A DNA stretch of 62,000 nucleotides from Acanthaster planci. Taxonomy: Eukaryota. The notes beneath the pieces are model-generated. The model saw only the letters and a list, made by a program, of their open reading frames with translations. It searched no databases and was not told the origin of the DNA. Positions within the stretch are counted from its first letter, which is position 1. The number at the start of each line of letters is the position of its first letter. The stretch lies in the NCBI RefSeq assembly GCF_001949145.1, contig NW_019091402.1:930001-992000 (forward strand), given 5' to 3'. Below are positions 37,360-49,612 of the stretch, piece by piece. Made by a program: the position numbers and the translations under genes.

Positions 37360-38901
37360 ACGTCAAATCCCCATCATGAACAACATGGCAATTTTCAAAT
37401 ATTATATGCTGACAAAAATGCGACTCCGACTCGCATTAATTCAAAAGAGTTGCTCAAATCAGTTCAACTAAATCTCAACCTTCCATTCGATCCGTTGCAC
37501 ATCAGTAAATTCTCTGGCCGCTGACTTATCACCGTCAATTTGATCCGTTTCTGGCTCCGATAGCGTATCATCAGTCACCTAGCAATGGACTCCTATCATA
37601 ACACAGCGACAGTGATAAACTGCTCCAGCTTTGCTCTTTTCAAAAATCCAAAATCCCCTGTGTACATTTCCCAGCTTCGTGTTTGCCCAAGTTGAAAGCT
37701 CAGATCGATCTTTGTCCAACATGCTTTCAGCGAGGTGCCTTTGAATACGAAACGTGTGTTTTCAGCCTACAAGTTCAAACACTGAGCAATTGACAGCACA
37801 ATGCACGACAGAAGTCAAACGGCAACACGAAAAGTTAATATGATCTTTTTAAGCCATCGTAGTCAACCAAAAAGAGAGACGGGCCAGTTCATGATACCAG
37901 ATAAGAGGTACAGGTACTCCTAACAACATCTGGTGCGCCAAGTTGCTCTTCATTCGAGAAGGACGGCGAAATTAGGTTTCGGGGACGGTGAGCGGCGTCT
38001 GTTTTCTTTCAATAGCAGTGCTTTCTATGCCTTGTCCGCTTCGACAAAGGTTTGGATTGCATAGGTTGCAGTCATGTGACACAGTGGTTGCTAGGGAATT
38101 CTCATCAGCACTGCGTATTCGGAGATGCCCCCATTAATAAGCGGGCTATCAATCACTAATCCCGGTGATACTGTCTTATCGCGAATTAGTTGTGCACGAT
38201 ATTCCCGCTGTACAAACAGCTATCGTCGTCAGTATTCATTTGGCTCCGTGGACGAATGAAGGCCGGGGGAAATTGACAGACATGATGTAAAGGTGTTTCA
38301 TCGCTGGCTGGGCCTTCCCTGGTAGTACGTCAGATCTCAGGGTTTCTAGACACACACAACTTTTCCAAATTCCAGTTCTAAGTGTAAGGGTATACTCGAG
38401 TCAGCTTTTTCACACTGGTTTTGTCAACCAATCCGCATTCACCGAGGACCTGCAGAGCGCCTCCACACGACGAGGGCCTGCTGATTCATCACTCCTGCAT
38501 CTTCTGTTGGCCAAAAGAGGCTTTCCAGCATCCAGCCTGTGGAACCCAAGTCCGTCACAAAATCTTTAAGAAAAAAAAAGAAAAGAAAGTGAATCGTCAG
38601 TTGTCAAGATAAGGGCCTCTCGGAGCGTGCTCGTCATCGAAGTAGCCTACATTATTTCCACGACACACAGCTTGTTAATTCTTGCCTATGCCTTAAAATA
38701 AGCCATACTTGATACGTGTTTTTAATTGCTCCATTAATTGCTTTTCCTTTCTCAAAATTAGGTTTTTTTTGCTTAACTACAAAAATAAGTACTGGAGATC
38801 ATGAGGATGTTTCAAAAATTTTCACAGCCTCAAAAACTAGAAGCAGGAAAAATGAGATAGGAAACTAACGACCAGTTGTTTGATATCAGTTGTTAAGAAA
38901 C

Positions 38902-39559
38902 NNNNNNNNNNNNNNNNNNNNNNNNNNNNNNNNNNNNNNNNNNNNNNNNNNNNNNNNNNNNNNNNNNNNNNNNNNNNNNNNNNNNNNNNNNNNNNNNNNN
39001 NNNNNNNNNNNNNNNNNNNNNNNNNNNNNNNNNNNNNNNNNNNNNNNNNNNNNNNNNNNNNNNNNNNNNNNNNNNNNNNNNNNNNNNNNNNNNNNNNNNN
39101 NNNNNNNNNNNNNNNNNNNNNNNNNNNNNNNNNNNNNNNNNNNNNNNNNNNNNNNNNNNNNNNNNNNNNNNNNNNNNNNNNNNNNNNNNNNNNNNNNNNN
39201 NNNNNNNNNNNNNNNNNNNNNNNNNNNNNNNNNNNNNNNNNNNNNNNNNNNNNNNNNNNNNNNNNNNNNNNNNNNNNNNNNNNNNNNNNNNNNNNNNNNN
39301 NNNNNNNNNNNNNNNNNNNNNNNNNNNNNNNNNNNNNNNNNNNNNNNNNNNNNNNNNNNNNNNNNNNNNNNNNNNNNNNNNNNNNNNNNNNNNNNNNNNN
39401 NNNNNNNNNNNNNNNNNNNNNNNNNNNNNNNNNNNNNNNNNNNNNNNNNNNNNNNNNNNNNNNNNNNNNNNNNNNNNNNNNNNNNNNNNNNNNNNNNNNN
39501 NNNNNNNNNNNNNNNNNNNNNNNNNNNNNNNNNNNNNNNNNNNNNNNNNNNNNNNNNNN
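38902..39559. other. Assembly gap (N run); other gaps at 9007-9426, 48492-48739 and 55608-56057
   Basis: Runs of n in the sequence. Confidence 1.
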
Positions 39560-40823
39560 AACCGTTCAATAAGCACACACGCCCCTTTAATTGAAACCGA
39601 ATGACCCTGTAACTCATTGTACAATCCGAACACGATACGCACACACGGTCGCAACTCGTCACCCCATGCACCCTATGTGCACCCCCGTCACCCATGACTA
39701 CTGACACGCACAATTGTGAAGGGCAAATCAAACTGAATACAAAAGCCGCGCCGAATATCGGCTCCAACTCCCTGATGGCGTCATCATGACTCCAAACAAG
39801 ACGTCATTGCACATGCCCATGTGATTTGTGGACGGGATAAGCGAAGATAGCCGTGGATCAACTTGTATTTAATGAACTTACATGTCGCTGAACAAACAGT
39901 GGCGTATATGAGAGCACTATGCACGACGTCAAACCCCTCGTCTGCTCGTAAAACACTCCAGACGGTTGTTGAAAGGTGATCACTGGCAGCGATCCAAGTT
40001 AACTCCAAGGATGTCCAACGACAAGTATTCCGAATAGACGTACTGTTACCACGGTCTCGACTAGGTACTTCATATTTTGAACACAATTTGTGAACGGCAA
40101 AATTTACCCTGTACACCAATCTACAAGACGTACATGTACATATACATGTAGTTAGCCTTGGCGTCTGTGTTGTTAGGCTGTTCACATGGCCAGGTACCTA
40201 GACTCCCCTCTTTTGGAGTCACGTCAACATCGGGATCGAAGGGTGCGGCTCAAAAGTTTGGGATGGCTTATCCCGATTTTCGACACTTCTTTCGTCACTA
40301 TTCGGCTTGTCTCTTTTCTCCACACTTGAAATAGATCCCTAATGCTGGTTAATAAAATTTGAAGGGGATCTTCTCTAGTCATTCACCAACAAGGCAGCAA
40401 GTTATTCATCGGTAGACTTGGGATGTTTCGAGAAGTACCCTAAGAGCAGGTGGCACTCTCGGTTGACCGACCCGGCACAAACACTCAGCAAACCAGGCAT
40501 CGATTCACTCCCCGAGGATAAAAGGCGACACAATTGTGTCTGGGTCGAGCCTAAGACGACAGACTAGCTGCCAGCTAGCAACACGAGAAATCGATTTCGG
40601 ATCGATACAAAACACACCAGCTGCGATTCAGTAGGGATAGAAGTTTACAAAACAAACAAATATATTGGACTTAAATTACGGTGATCCACTGAGCATGCGC
40701 ATAGCGACTTCTTAGGTGAGGATATCGAAACTCTTTTCAGAATCTTAAAGAAGATTACCCTTCTGGTAAAATGAGTTATTTTCCAAGCTTTCTCCCCTGT
40801 TGGAAGAAGACCTGTAGCCTTAT

Positions 40824-40997
40824 TTCTGGCGTAGCCACGGGGTAGTCTGGGGGCGCACGTGCCCCCCCCCCCCCCAAAACGGATGAATGTATATTGAACA
40901 AGGCTAACAAAAGTTTGCCCCTAAAAAGCACACCACTGAAAGCTGGTGCCCCCCATGCTGGTGCTCCCCCCCCCGTAAAATCCTAGCTACGCCACTG
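40824..40997. mobile_element. hAT-like MITE (TGGCGTAGC...GCTACGCCACTG)
   Basis: Inverted termini TGGCGTAGC / GCTACGCCA with internal GCCCCCC tracts. The left end is degenerate and no TSD is visible. Confidence 0.55.
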
Positions 40998-41552
40998 GGC
41001 CAATGGCACCTCAGTGACGCCTTTTCAAAGACTATTCCTGTGAAAACAAATTTCGTCTTCGGCCCAAGAGTCAAATAATAGGCCGAGATGGTGAGTGCTG
41101 ACTCGCCTTGCTCTGCGTGAACAGTTATCGAACTTGGAACCCCTCATAGGAGCCACTGTTTTCTCTGGAAAACGATTATTTTCAAGGGCAAAATATGAAA
41201 ACTATCAGCTTGTGTAAAAGTGACATTATTTGACTCATCCACGACAGTCACTTGGCAAGACGGTCTTTTATTATTCAACCTACGAGAGCGTTTCTGAACT
41301 GCGGCCACCCTGCAGGGACATGAAAAAAAATTTAAAAAAAAGGAAAGTCTTCTCTTGACACCAATGCTTACGACGAGCGCGGTTATTATGAAAACGAGAC
41401 AAAAAAAAGTTGGCGAATTTGAATAAGTGTAGCTTACAAGGGCCACTTGTTTGTTCCAAAAATCTCATACATTTAGCCAACAACGACATCACAAACCTGT
41501 CGGACTCGTTTCTCCTATTTTGGTATTCCTGCCCGTTGAGTCGCTAATCTTC

Positions 41553-41807
41553 GGGGAGTTGGGTTGGCGCAGTAGTTCTTTCCTCGCCCTTCCACGTGTG
41601 GATTGGGTTTCCAGTCCCTACCTGATTCCGTGGGTTTTACCCAGAATATTCCTCTGAGGTTTTCCTCCCACCTCTAAAACGGTAACTGCTTCTCATTGTC
41701 TCCTCTCGACAGGTTTCTTCAGGCTTCTGAGCTACAGTGCCTAGGGCGCTTTTAAAGAATCCTTGGTGTCATTACCAGAAATAAATACATGTAATAATAA
41801 TAATAAT
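41553..41807 (+). mobile_element. tRNA-derived SINE with (TAA)n tail, B-box apparently deleted
   Basis: A-box-like TGGCGCAGTAG, central GTGGGTTTT...GGTTTTCCTCCCAC motif, AATAAA plus (TAA)n tail, and TSD-like TAATCTTC/TAATCTCC flanks. Confidence 0.6.
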
Positions 41808-42592
41808 CTCCCGCTTTAAAGAATCCGTTTATATATAAATACATACCCCACTGTTATTATGACACAGACTTCATGTATATTCATCACTTTCTAAAAAAGG
41901 GAACTGTAAAATATAAGTTCCAGAAAGCAACTTAGAAAATAGGAAAACACAGCTTTACACTAAATAATATGCCATATCTCTTTTTTTATTCGCCAAGGAG
42001 AGAACTGGCAAGAATTTGCCTCTGAACCAGCAGCTGGTGGAAAGACCGTTACTGCCGGATAATTGAAAGACAACGCTTCCTCCACGCTAAATACTGGAGT
42101 CGTCAGCTCGATCGCCATTACAAAAGTGCTTCAGTTATCAATTCTGTGGACTGACGACTAACAACTTCTTCACACTGTGAACTACGTATGGCACCTGATT
42201 TGAATATAAAACGCACCTGTGTGTAAGTACCACCATTACATAATTTTCTTCGTTTCTAACAAGGACAAGAGCCCACAAACCAAAAGCTGAACGAAACAAA
42301 GAGAAGGAAAGTCAAAAACGAGAACCAATCCATCATTAATAGCGAGTATTTCAGAAAAATTAGTTCCCACAAACCTATGAAAATTTATGGCCGCTCGCAA
42401 TTTGAAATGCCCGTGTTTTCTACATTGAAAACCACAATTAAAACCATTCATGTACCTGATGCATCAGTGCTAACTGTACAAAACCTGTTTTCATGACTTG
42501 TTTCTGGTAATCAGTACCAACAATATGTGTTGCATTTCAATATTTCTCGACGTTTTAGTAACAAAAGCCTGGTGGAAAACATGATTGTACTA

Positions 42593-42985
42593 TAGAGGGC
42601 TTGCACTGAGCCCCCATCACGGAGGACAGTTTCTGTTATGTAAATTCAGTGACAATAAAAGTGCAGAGTAGCTACTCGTATTGACCTTTTTCCTGTGATG
42701 TCACAATCGTGCTAGATCGAGACGTGTTGCGATGGTAATGAATGCAGTGTTGCGATAGTAATCTACTTATTCAAGATAAAGTAGTCAAGCATGCGGTGTT
42801 CGCACGTGGGCTTCCACGTGGTTGAAGCTGCCCGTAGGAATGTATGTGATCACCGTGGCCAAGGCGGTCCACACGTGGTGGGATTGTTTACATTTGGCGC
42901 AATCCAGTCACGTTGGTGAAAAAGGTCTATACCAGCACATCACAATAGCCTTCCCTCCATGATGGCGCTCCCCCCACAAACACTT
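42593..42985. mobile_element. Nested pair of inverted-repeat MITEs (inner 42679-42931)
   Basis: Outer arms GAGCCCCCATCACGGAGG / CCTCCATGATGGCGCTC. Inner arms TATTGACCTTTTTC / GAAAAAGGTCTATA. Confidence 0.45.
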
Positions 42986-44273
42986 TTTATTTCCAGATGA
43001 ACAAGTATCATTCTTCGAAACAAATTCCACTGGCTGAAAATTTTTTGCATTACTTTTTTTAAAACGTTTTCAGATACACAGAATACATACATGTACTACA
43101 AATATCAACTTCTCTTAAACCCTAACAGTTCTGTGTAATCATTTATCCTTTGAAATTTCACAGTAAACTTCGATTCTTTACTTCTTCTGTCTACATTAGA
43201 AAATACAAAAAAGGGCTCCTATTTATTTACGAAAAAGTTAAGAAATTTGGTCAAGTTGCTATTTAATAGTTTCGGAGATGCAAAAACCCGACACAAAACT
43301 TTGACACACCACAGGATGGCAGCATATGACCGAAAGTCTTTGGCCCTAATTAAATCGGCAATAAAACAGTTTTCAGTGTCCTGCATCTATGCCGAAGCCT
43401 ACAAATCCATCCTGACCAATTCTCATTAAAACCAGCTGGATGGCAGATTGGAAAAGAAAGTAAAAGTTGCATTAAATGCCCATTTTCTACCACCAGAGGG
43501 TGCCATATTTTGAGAACAAATCTGAGAATCAGACATACGCAACAATTTCAGAAAGAAAGTTAGGCTACAGATTTACACAGAACAAATAACACAAATTGCA
43601 TTCCTTTTAATTTACATCTACAAGATGAAATCTTCTAGCACCCCCAATCACAAAAATAGGCTTTTTCAATGATATTGCCGAAAGTCTAACTTCACTTTAC
43701 GTCTTGTTTTGAACTCTACAGCTGCATAAGAACTAGCTGTTTGATTAAACACAAGCCAATTCCATCTTGGTCCATGACAGGTGGACTTTGGCAATTTTTG
43801 TGGAAAAAATGCAACATTAGTAATGTTTGGAACAGTAGAGTGCTTCAACTCAACGAGAGCAACCGTATACAGGGCAATACATATGTTTACTCAAGTGTAC
43901 GCTCTCGTACACTGTGGCTCGGACATGCATAAGTCACAGTGCCCTCAATGGATTGCGCAAAGAGGAGATAGCACATCTTTACACTGCATGTATGATGAAG
44001 AATAAATGAGGTTTGGGGGAATCTCAGGTCTGTCTGTTTCCAGCTGTGATGGATTCCCTTTCCCCCAAATTTGAGCTTTAATCTCGCTTGAAATTGGTAA
44101 TTCAGGACAGGAACGTCAAACTGAGTGCCATTAACCTAGGATATGTAAATGAACTACGTTCAATCAGTTTGAACATGATAGACCGATGACCATTTTGATG
44201 TCAGAGACAAAGCTGGGATGACATTGAGATGACAAGTGTTAAAAAGCCAAGAGTAACAAAACTTCATGAGTAC

Positions 44274-44417
44274 AGGCCGGTTCACACCTTAGCAAAAGCA
44301 AAAACGATCACAAACTCAAGCAGTGACTTTCAAATTGTTGTCTGCATTTCAACTTTCAATGCAAACAATTTGCGGAGTCAACTTCGTTTTGCGTCCGCCA
44401 GAAGTGTGAACAGGCCT
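44274..44417. mobile_element. PIF/Harbinger-like MITE in the presumed IMPAD1 3' UTR
   Basis: TIR AGGCCGGTTCACAC / GTGTGAACAGGCCT (13/14), about 45 nt downstream of the IMPAD1 stop codon. Confidence 0.55.
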
Positions 44418-44460
44418 CGGCTAAGGCGCAACTGACGATCACTGCTCCGTTTCGCAGCGG

Positions 44461-47400
44461 CTACCGCTGCTTCGCATCCACCACAGGTTTCAGCCTCTCC
44501 AGGAACATCTCATGCTCCCAGAGCGTCGCCAACAGCCCGCCCTCGTTTTTGGGGTTCGGTGAGGTGGGGTTCCAGTGGTAGTCGATCCCGTCCCCTTTCA
44601 GGGTTGTCATGCGACCTTTGGCCTCGTTCAATAAGGCGTTGCCGGCGCAAATGTCCCATTTCTTGATCAACGTTGTGTGGATGTAAGCATCAGCTTTGCC
44701 TTCAAAGAGGGACCACACTTTATATCCTGAAGAACAAAAGGAAAAGTTGACCGTCAGAAATAAATATTGAAATATTTCAACAATGATTCTGGATGATTTC
44801 TTTGGTTGTTCAAGACACATAAAAATGACACAGAAAAATATCTTTTTCTTGCAAGTGGTGAGTCCATTCTTTCATTGAATTAATTGAAACAAATTCAAAA
44901 ATAACTGCATATCTTGAAAATTTTAAAACCAGTTCTCAGAATTGTAGCAAATTTATCTTGAGTGGCATAAATGATTTTCTATGCATAATAGTGAAGTACA
45001 TGGAACACTTTGTGCATATATTTATATACATGGTTACAGTCATTCCATTGGCCACCACAACAGGCAACGATTCAAAATAATGTTTTAAGTATCCACCATT
45101 TACGAAATGTTTCTCAGCTTTTAAAAATTCAATATGTATTTTTACAAATGAAATGTAAGAGGTTGGGACCAAGAGGAAGGGCGGAGTCTTACCAGCACCT
45201 CCGGCAGGGATGACTTCGGTTTTCTCCCCGAAGGACTTCTTGGCAACGCTTTCCACAGCACCCTGGTGCGAGCGCGACACGATGATCTTTGGACTTGTCG
45301 TGAGCTCCTCCGCCGCCTTCTTGATGGGAAGCTTTAGGTTGGGCGAGTGGGTCTTGCCAACGTATGCCCACACTGCCAGATAAAAACAGACAACTTACAG
45401 AGATTACATGTAGATATTTGCTTACAAGTCGACCGGGAGGAGTTTCTGCAAATAATGCAGAACAAACAAGAAGGCAGGGACAGTCTTGGTCTATTTAGTA
45501 AGAAACAATTAACCGGTCGGTGTCGTCGGTTGACCACATACTTTGAAAGACATTCTCACTTACTGCATTTCGCGTAAAAGTGTTTGAGCTAAGCTCTTTG
45601 AGCTAAGCTCTCAGGTTATCAATTTTCTTTAGCCACAGTGACGTAACCAGGTTGCTCAGTGGGAAAGTCCAAGTGCTTGGTGTACCCACTAAGGGTGTAG
45701 TTCCATTAAAAAACCGATACACATTTGCAATTTTTGTCACTGCGCATGCACTGGCTGGTTTATTTTCTATGTCCTTGAGCAAGGCAAACTACCATATTTG
45801 ATATTCTCTAGACGCGAGTGAGTGTATACCTTTGACCATTACCACCTCAGCCATTGAAATTCTATATTTTAGCCAATGATGCACAAGCACCATAAACCTC
45901 TTTTTCTTGACTGAGAGAAGCGTTTGCACTAAAATGTCCTGCTCTGGGACACAAAATTGACTATTTCATGAAGCACCTCTAGAAAATTACAGGAGCAAAT
46001 CCATCAAACATCAAACTGGTGACCTCCAAAAGCTACATGTACTTTACCTGTCTTGTCATTGGTCTTGAATGGTTTATGGATGATACCGATTGTCGGTACT
46101 CCGCGCACCGCCACACACACCATCGTGGTCACATACTCCAGCAATTTTTCTGCAAACAGAGTGGATTGGATAATCAATCCTTTGACACTCTTGACAGGGA
46201 AATAGAATGCCGACTAGATTCCTGTGACAAATGTGGTAATGTAAGGAGCTCACATTATATACCGTACATGTAGATGTGAGTTTTTTTGGTTGTTTTTTTT
46301 ACAATTTTCTGCTATACACCGGTAATGAATATGACTTATCTGCTGTTATGCAGCTCTGTGAAATCGGGTCAGTCAACAATTCAGTTTCAAATCCAAGGAA
46401 CAAAATGTTCATTTGGAGTGAACTGGAGGTGAAATTGAACACCGACTTGAAGGTGATATTTCTGCAAACGGGCCACCCATACAAGGCAGAATGAGAGTGG
46501 TCTAGGGTTGAGTCAATCCAAATAATTCACTATTCAAATATTCGACATTCTATCTGATCGAATATCCCACTATTCAGTCGTATCGACCGGCAGATTGTTG
46601 ATGAACAAACCATGTACAAAATCAGTTGCACCAATGTACAAACTTGTACATTGTAATCAATATGACATATTCTCACATCTAGGAGAATCTCCAGCCACAA
46701 TTTAGCAAGATTTAAGAGGTGAACAATACTTCTTGGCATGTTGTAAATTATTTTCTATTCCTTTTAAAATGTTTCATAAATAATTTAATTTTTGAATCAT
46801 TGTAAGATTTCTGTCGCCTTTTATTTGAATCTGCTTGAAACAAGTCTCCGCAGTCGTTTTCATGAATTTTGCATTCCAATATTCAAATTCGGACAATATT
46901 TGACTGTTCAATAATCAATTGAATATTCGTAACCTTATTCTGATATTCGGCACTGCCCTAGAGTGGTCTCTTACCTGTGTATTCTTGCGTAGCATCTAAT
47001 GGATCGATCCAAACGGTGATGTCATCAAATGGAACCATCTCATCCTCCTGCACCATGGTCACTACGTCCGACCGTTTCGTTTCGAGGAGCAGCAGTTTGC
47101 TGTCGTCCCAACTTCCAACTTCTTTCTCTTCCGACACAATCTGTCAGAAAAAAAAAGTTTCAAAGCACTAACAAAAATAACAGGCCTCCACACCCATTGC
47201 CCTGAGAACCTGAAGGCATGGTAAGTCTGAAAACAGAGATTTATAACAATTATGAACTTCGTGGTGGCTCCTGGGCTCATAAATATTTATGTAATTATGG
47301 CAACCACAACAGTTTCCAAACCCTGTTCTTTACTCAACCCCTCTGGACTCAAAGGGGCATGATTACTTTGTGGTCACTGGGAAAAAATCTCATTTACTGT

Positions 47401-48300
47401 TGAAACACTACATCTTTTAATCCAACACACTTCTTTTTTATTATGAAGTAGGCCCTACATATATCCCCAATTACCCCCGAAATATTTGTATTCATTTTTT
47501 ATACTGTTCTCAACAATGAACAAAATAAGTAAATCCACAGATAAACTGACTGGAGGACTGCCACTTTAGGTGTACAATAACAGGTTGAAATGCTTAACAG
47601 CCTCCTCCTATGTGTAGCTTCCATCTCGAGAATGACAGCCCATTCATAGGTCGCTCTGAATACAATATGGTTTTCTACATTAGTACATGTACATGATGTA
47701 GCTACATAGTAATGACATGTCTAACGTTTGTCTAAAGTGGACATGCTGTAGGCCTAGGTAGGAAAATATACTACTCGGCACCGTGACAATGTGATGTTAT
47801 TGTTATGACAAAAATAACTAGGCCTGTCAGTCCCGCAAAATGAATCTTTGATTTCTGTCAAAAAAAATGTTTGTAAATTTTGAGAGGAATTATAGTTTGT
47901 AAGGTAGAAGTAGGCCTGACAAAACAGAAGGTCATTTGTATACCTTTAGAAGCGGGAATGTCTTCTTGAGACTGTGTACCATGGCTTTGTGTGACCTCAT
48001 ATCCCCATCTGTCACTGGGTTATTCGCGCCTTCCCGTGTCTCGCCTTTGCTCTTCTCGTTCAACTTCTGTTCCTCCATCACTTTCTTGACTTCTAAGCCG
48101 CCGCGCTCGGCTGCGTCGATTCCCGCCGAGAGCAGCTGCCGCAGGCTGACCGTCTGCCCCGGCCTGACGATCTTGGCTTCCCGTTCTTCCTTTCCGTTCC
48201 ACGATCGCTGGACGTAGAGGATCACTGCCCCGGCCAGGAGGAAAATCACTACAAAACCGATGGGAGAGATTCGCACACTCGCCATGTTGGCACTTGCCAT
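44461..48300 (-). CDS. IMPAD1: Golgi-resident PAP 3'-phosphatase / inositol monophosphatase 3 (IMPAD1/BPNT2), 5 exons, 356 aa
   Basis: Exons 47944-48300, 46975-47140, 46048-46149, 45193-45372 and 44461-44726. All introns are GT-AG with consistent phases (1071 nt). N-terminal type-II TM anchor. Motifs [62 protein letters not shown] and [12 protein letters not shown]. Confidence 0.97.
46503..46960. mobile_element. hAT-family MITE in IMPAD1 intron 2
   Basis: TAGGG...CCCTA termini, a perfect 8-bp TSD GAGTGGTC (46495-46502 and 46961-46968), and repeated subterminal (G)AATATTCG motifs at both ends. Confidence 0.85.
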
Positions 48301-48849
48301 TTTATGACCTCTGACCTCTGTAACTGTTTACTCGCGATATTTTGTCGCGAGAGGGCGTGTATGAAAAGCGGAGAAAAATGTCTGAACAAATAATTATTCT
48401 CAAAAAATAATCCTTTTCCTTGGTCATTGGCGTAACTACGGCGGGGGGGGGGGGGCAAGCCCCCGCAATTCCCCGGGCCCCCCGGTTCCCCNNNNNNNNN
48501 NNNNNNNNNNNNNNNNNNNNNNNNNNNNNNNNNNNNNNNNNNNNNNNNNNNNNNNNNNNNNNNNNNNNNNNNNNNNNNNNNNNNNNNNNNNNNNNNNNNN
48601 NNNNNNNNNNNNNNNNNNNNNNNNNNNNNNNNNNNNNNNNNNNNNNNNNNNNNNNNNNNNNNNNNNNNNNNNNNNNNNNNNNNNNNNNNNNNNNNNNNNN
48701 NNNNNNNNNNNNNNNNNNNNNNNNNNNNNNNNNNNNNNNCTAATGCTGAAGGTGTTCAACTGACCTCCCAACAAGAGGTCCAATGACAGCGGTGTATGCA
48801 GGTTTTGGTGTCAGGGGGCTGGAGGCAAAAGTGAAGGAGTATGACCGTG

Positions 48850-49612
48850 ACGAACCCGGCAGTTTCGCTGGTGGGAGAGAAGTCAAATTCGATGCCTGCA
48901 CGGCTTCCAACAGAGCAGACAGGCAAGTTGGTTGTCACGGTCAGAATGATGGCGTGGGTTGGAGCTAGTCGAAGCTCTTGCAGCACGTTGTTAACTGCGC
49001 TGCTGGTATTCTGCTGCTGCAGTGCACCGTAAAAAACCGATTTTGCCAGGTGAGTATGTCGTCCCTCGTTCTTACCACATGGCCGGACCATACAGTTGTT
49101 TCTGGTTCAGCAGAGCTTCCTTGCTTGGGATGCAGGCATGGCGGAGGACTTCAACATCAAGAACCCTGTCAGACCAGTGTATCCCCAGCAGGTACCTCAG
49201 TTGTTTCATCCGAACCCTCGGTAACCGCTGTATGTGTCCTCTTTAGAGGATGTAGGTTTCCGAAGAGCAAAGGAGGCAGGTCAAAACCGCTTAGATTTTA
49301 TTCAACAATTAATTAAAAAGTATCGCACAGTTTTTAGTAGGGGTGGGATCGTTTCGCAGGGAGACATTGGACCTGTTAAGCGGCCATTCAAACTTTCCTC
49401 TAGGTGGCCAAGCTGATTCCGGTGTCTCTTCCACATCCAGGTTTTAAGTTTTCCTCAGGCAGCAGTGGCTGCACCAATGTGCTTTTCAACCTCTTTGTCA
49501 AGACTGTTGTCGCTGGAGTTTGTACTGCCAAGATAGGTCAAGTGCTTGACTGCATTCAAGCGGCTGCCATTCAGCATTATGTTGGGTTCAGGTGCTAGGG
49601 TTTGGTGCCAGT
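48850..49612 (-). mobile_element. Decayed RTE-clade LINE, 3' end of the reverse-transcriptase ORF
   Basis: Minus-strand translation with stops and frameshifts gives PNIMLNGSRLNAVKHLTYLGS...DKEVEKHIGAATAA*GKLKTWMWKRH/GISLAT*RKV, then SETYIL...LRYLLGIHWSDRVLDVEVL...QL/WSGHVVR...AKSVFYGAL, then a C-terminal CLLCWKPCRHRI*LLSHQR zinc-finger-like motif. These are characteristic RTE post-RT motifs. Confidence 0.85.

Noticed and set aside
38880..39767. ORFs of 230-293 aa in the ORF track
   Set aside because: They consist almost entirely of X from the assembly gap.
48756..49316. Apparent hAT transposase remnants (GQNDG, VNCAA, TNLPVCS) in short ORFs
   Set aside because: Chance resemblances. Other minus-strand frames give a long, ordered series of RTE LINE motifs over the same bases.
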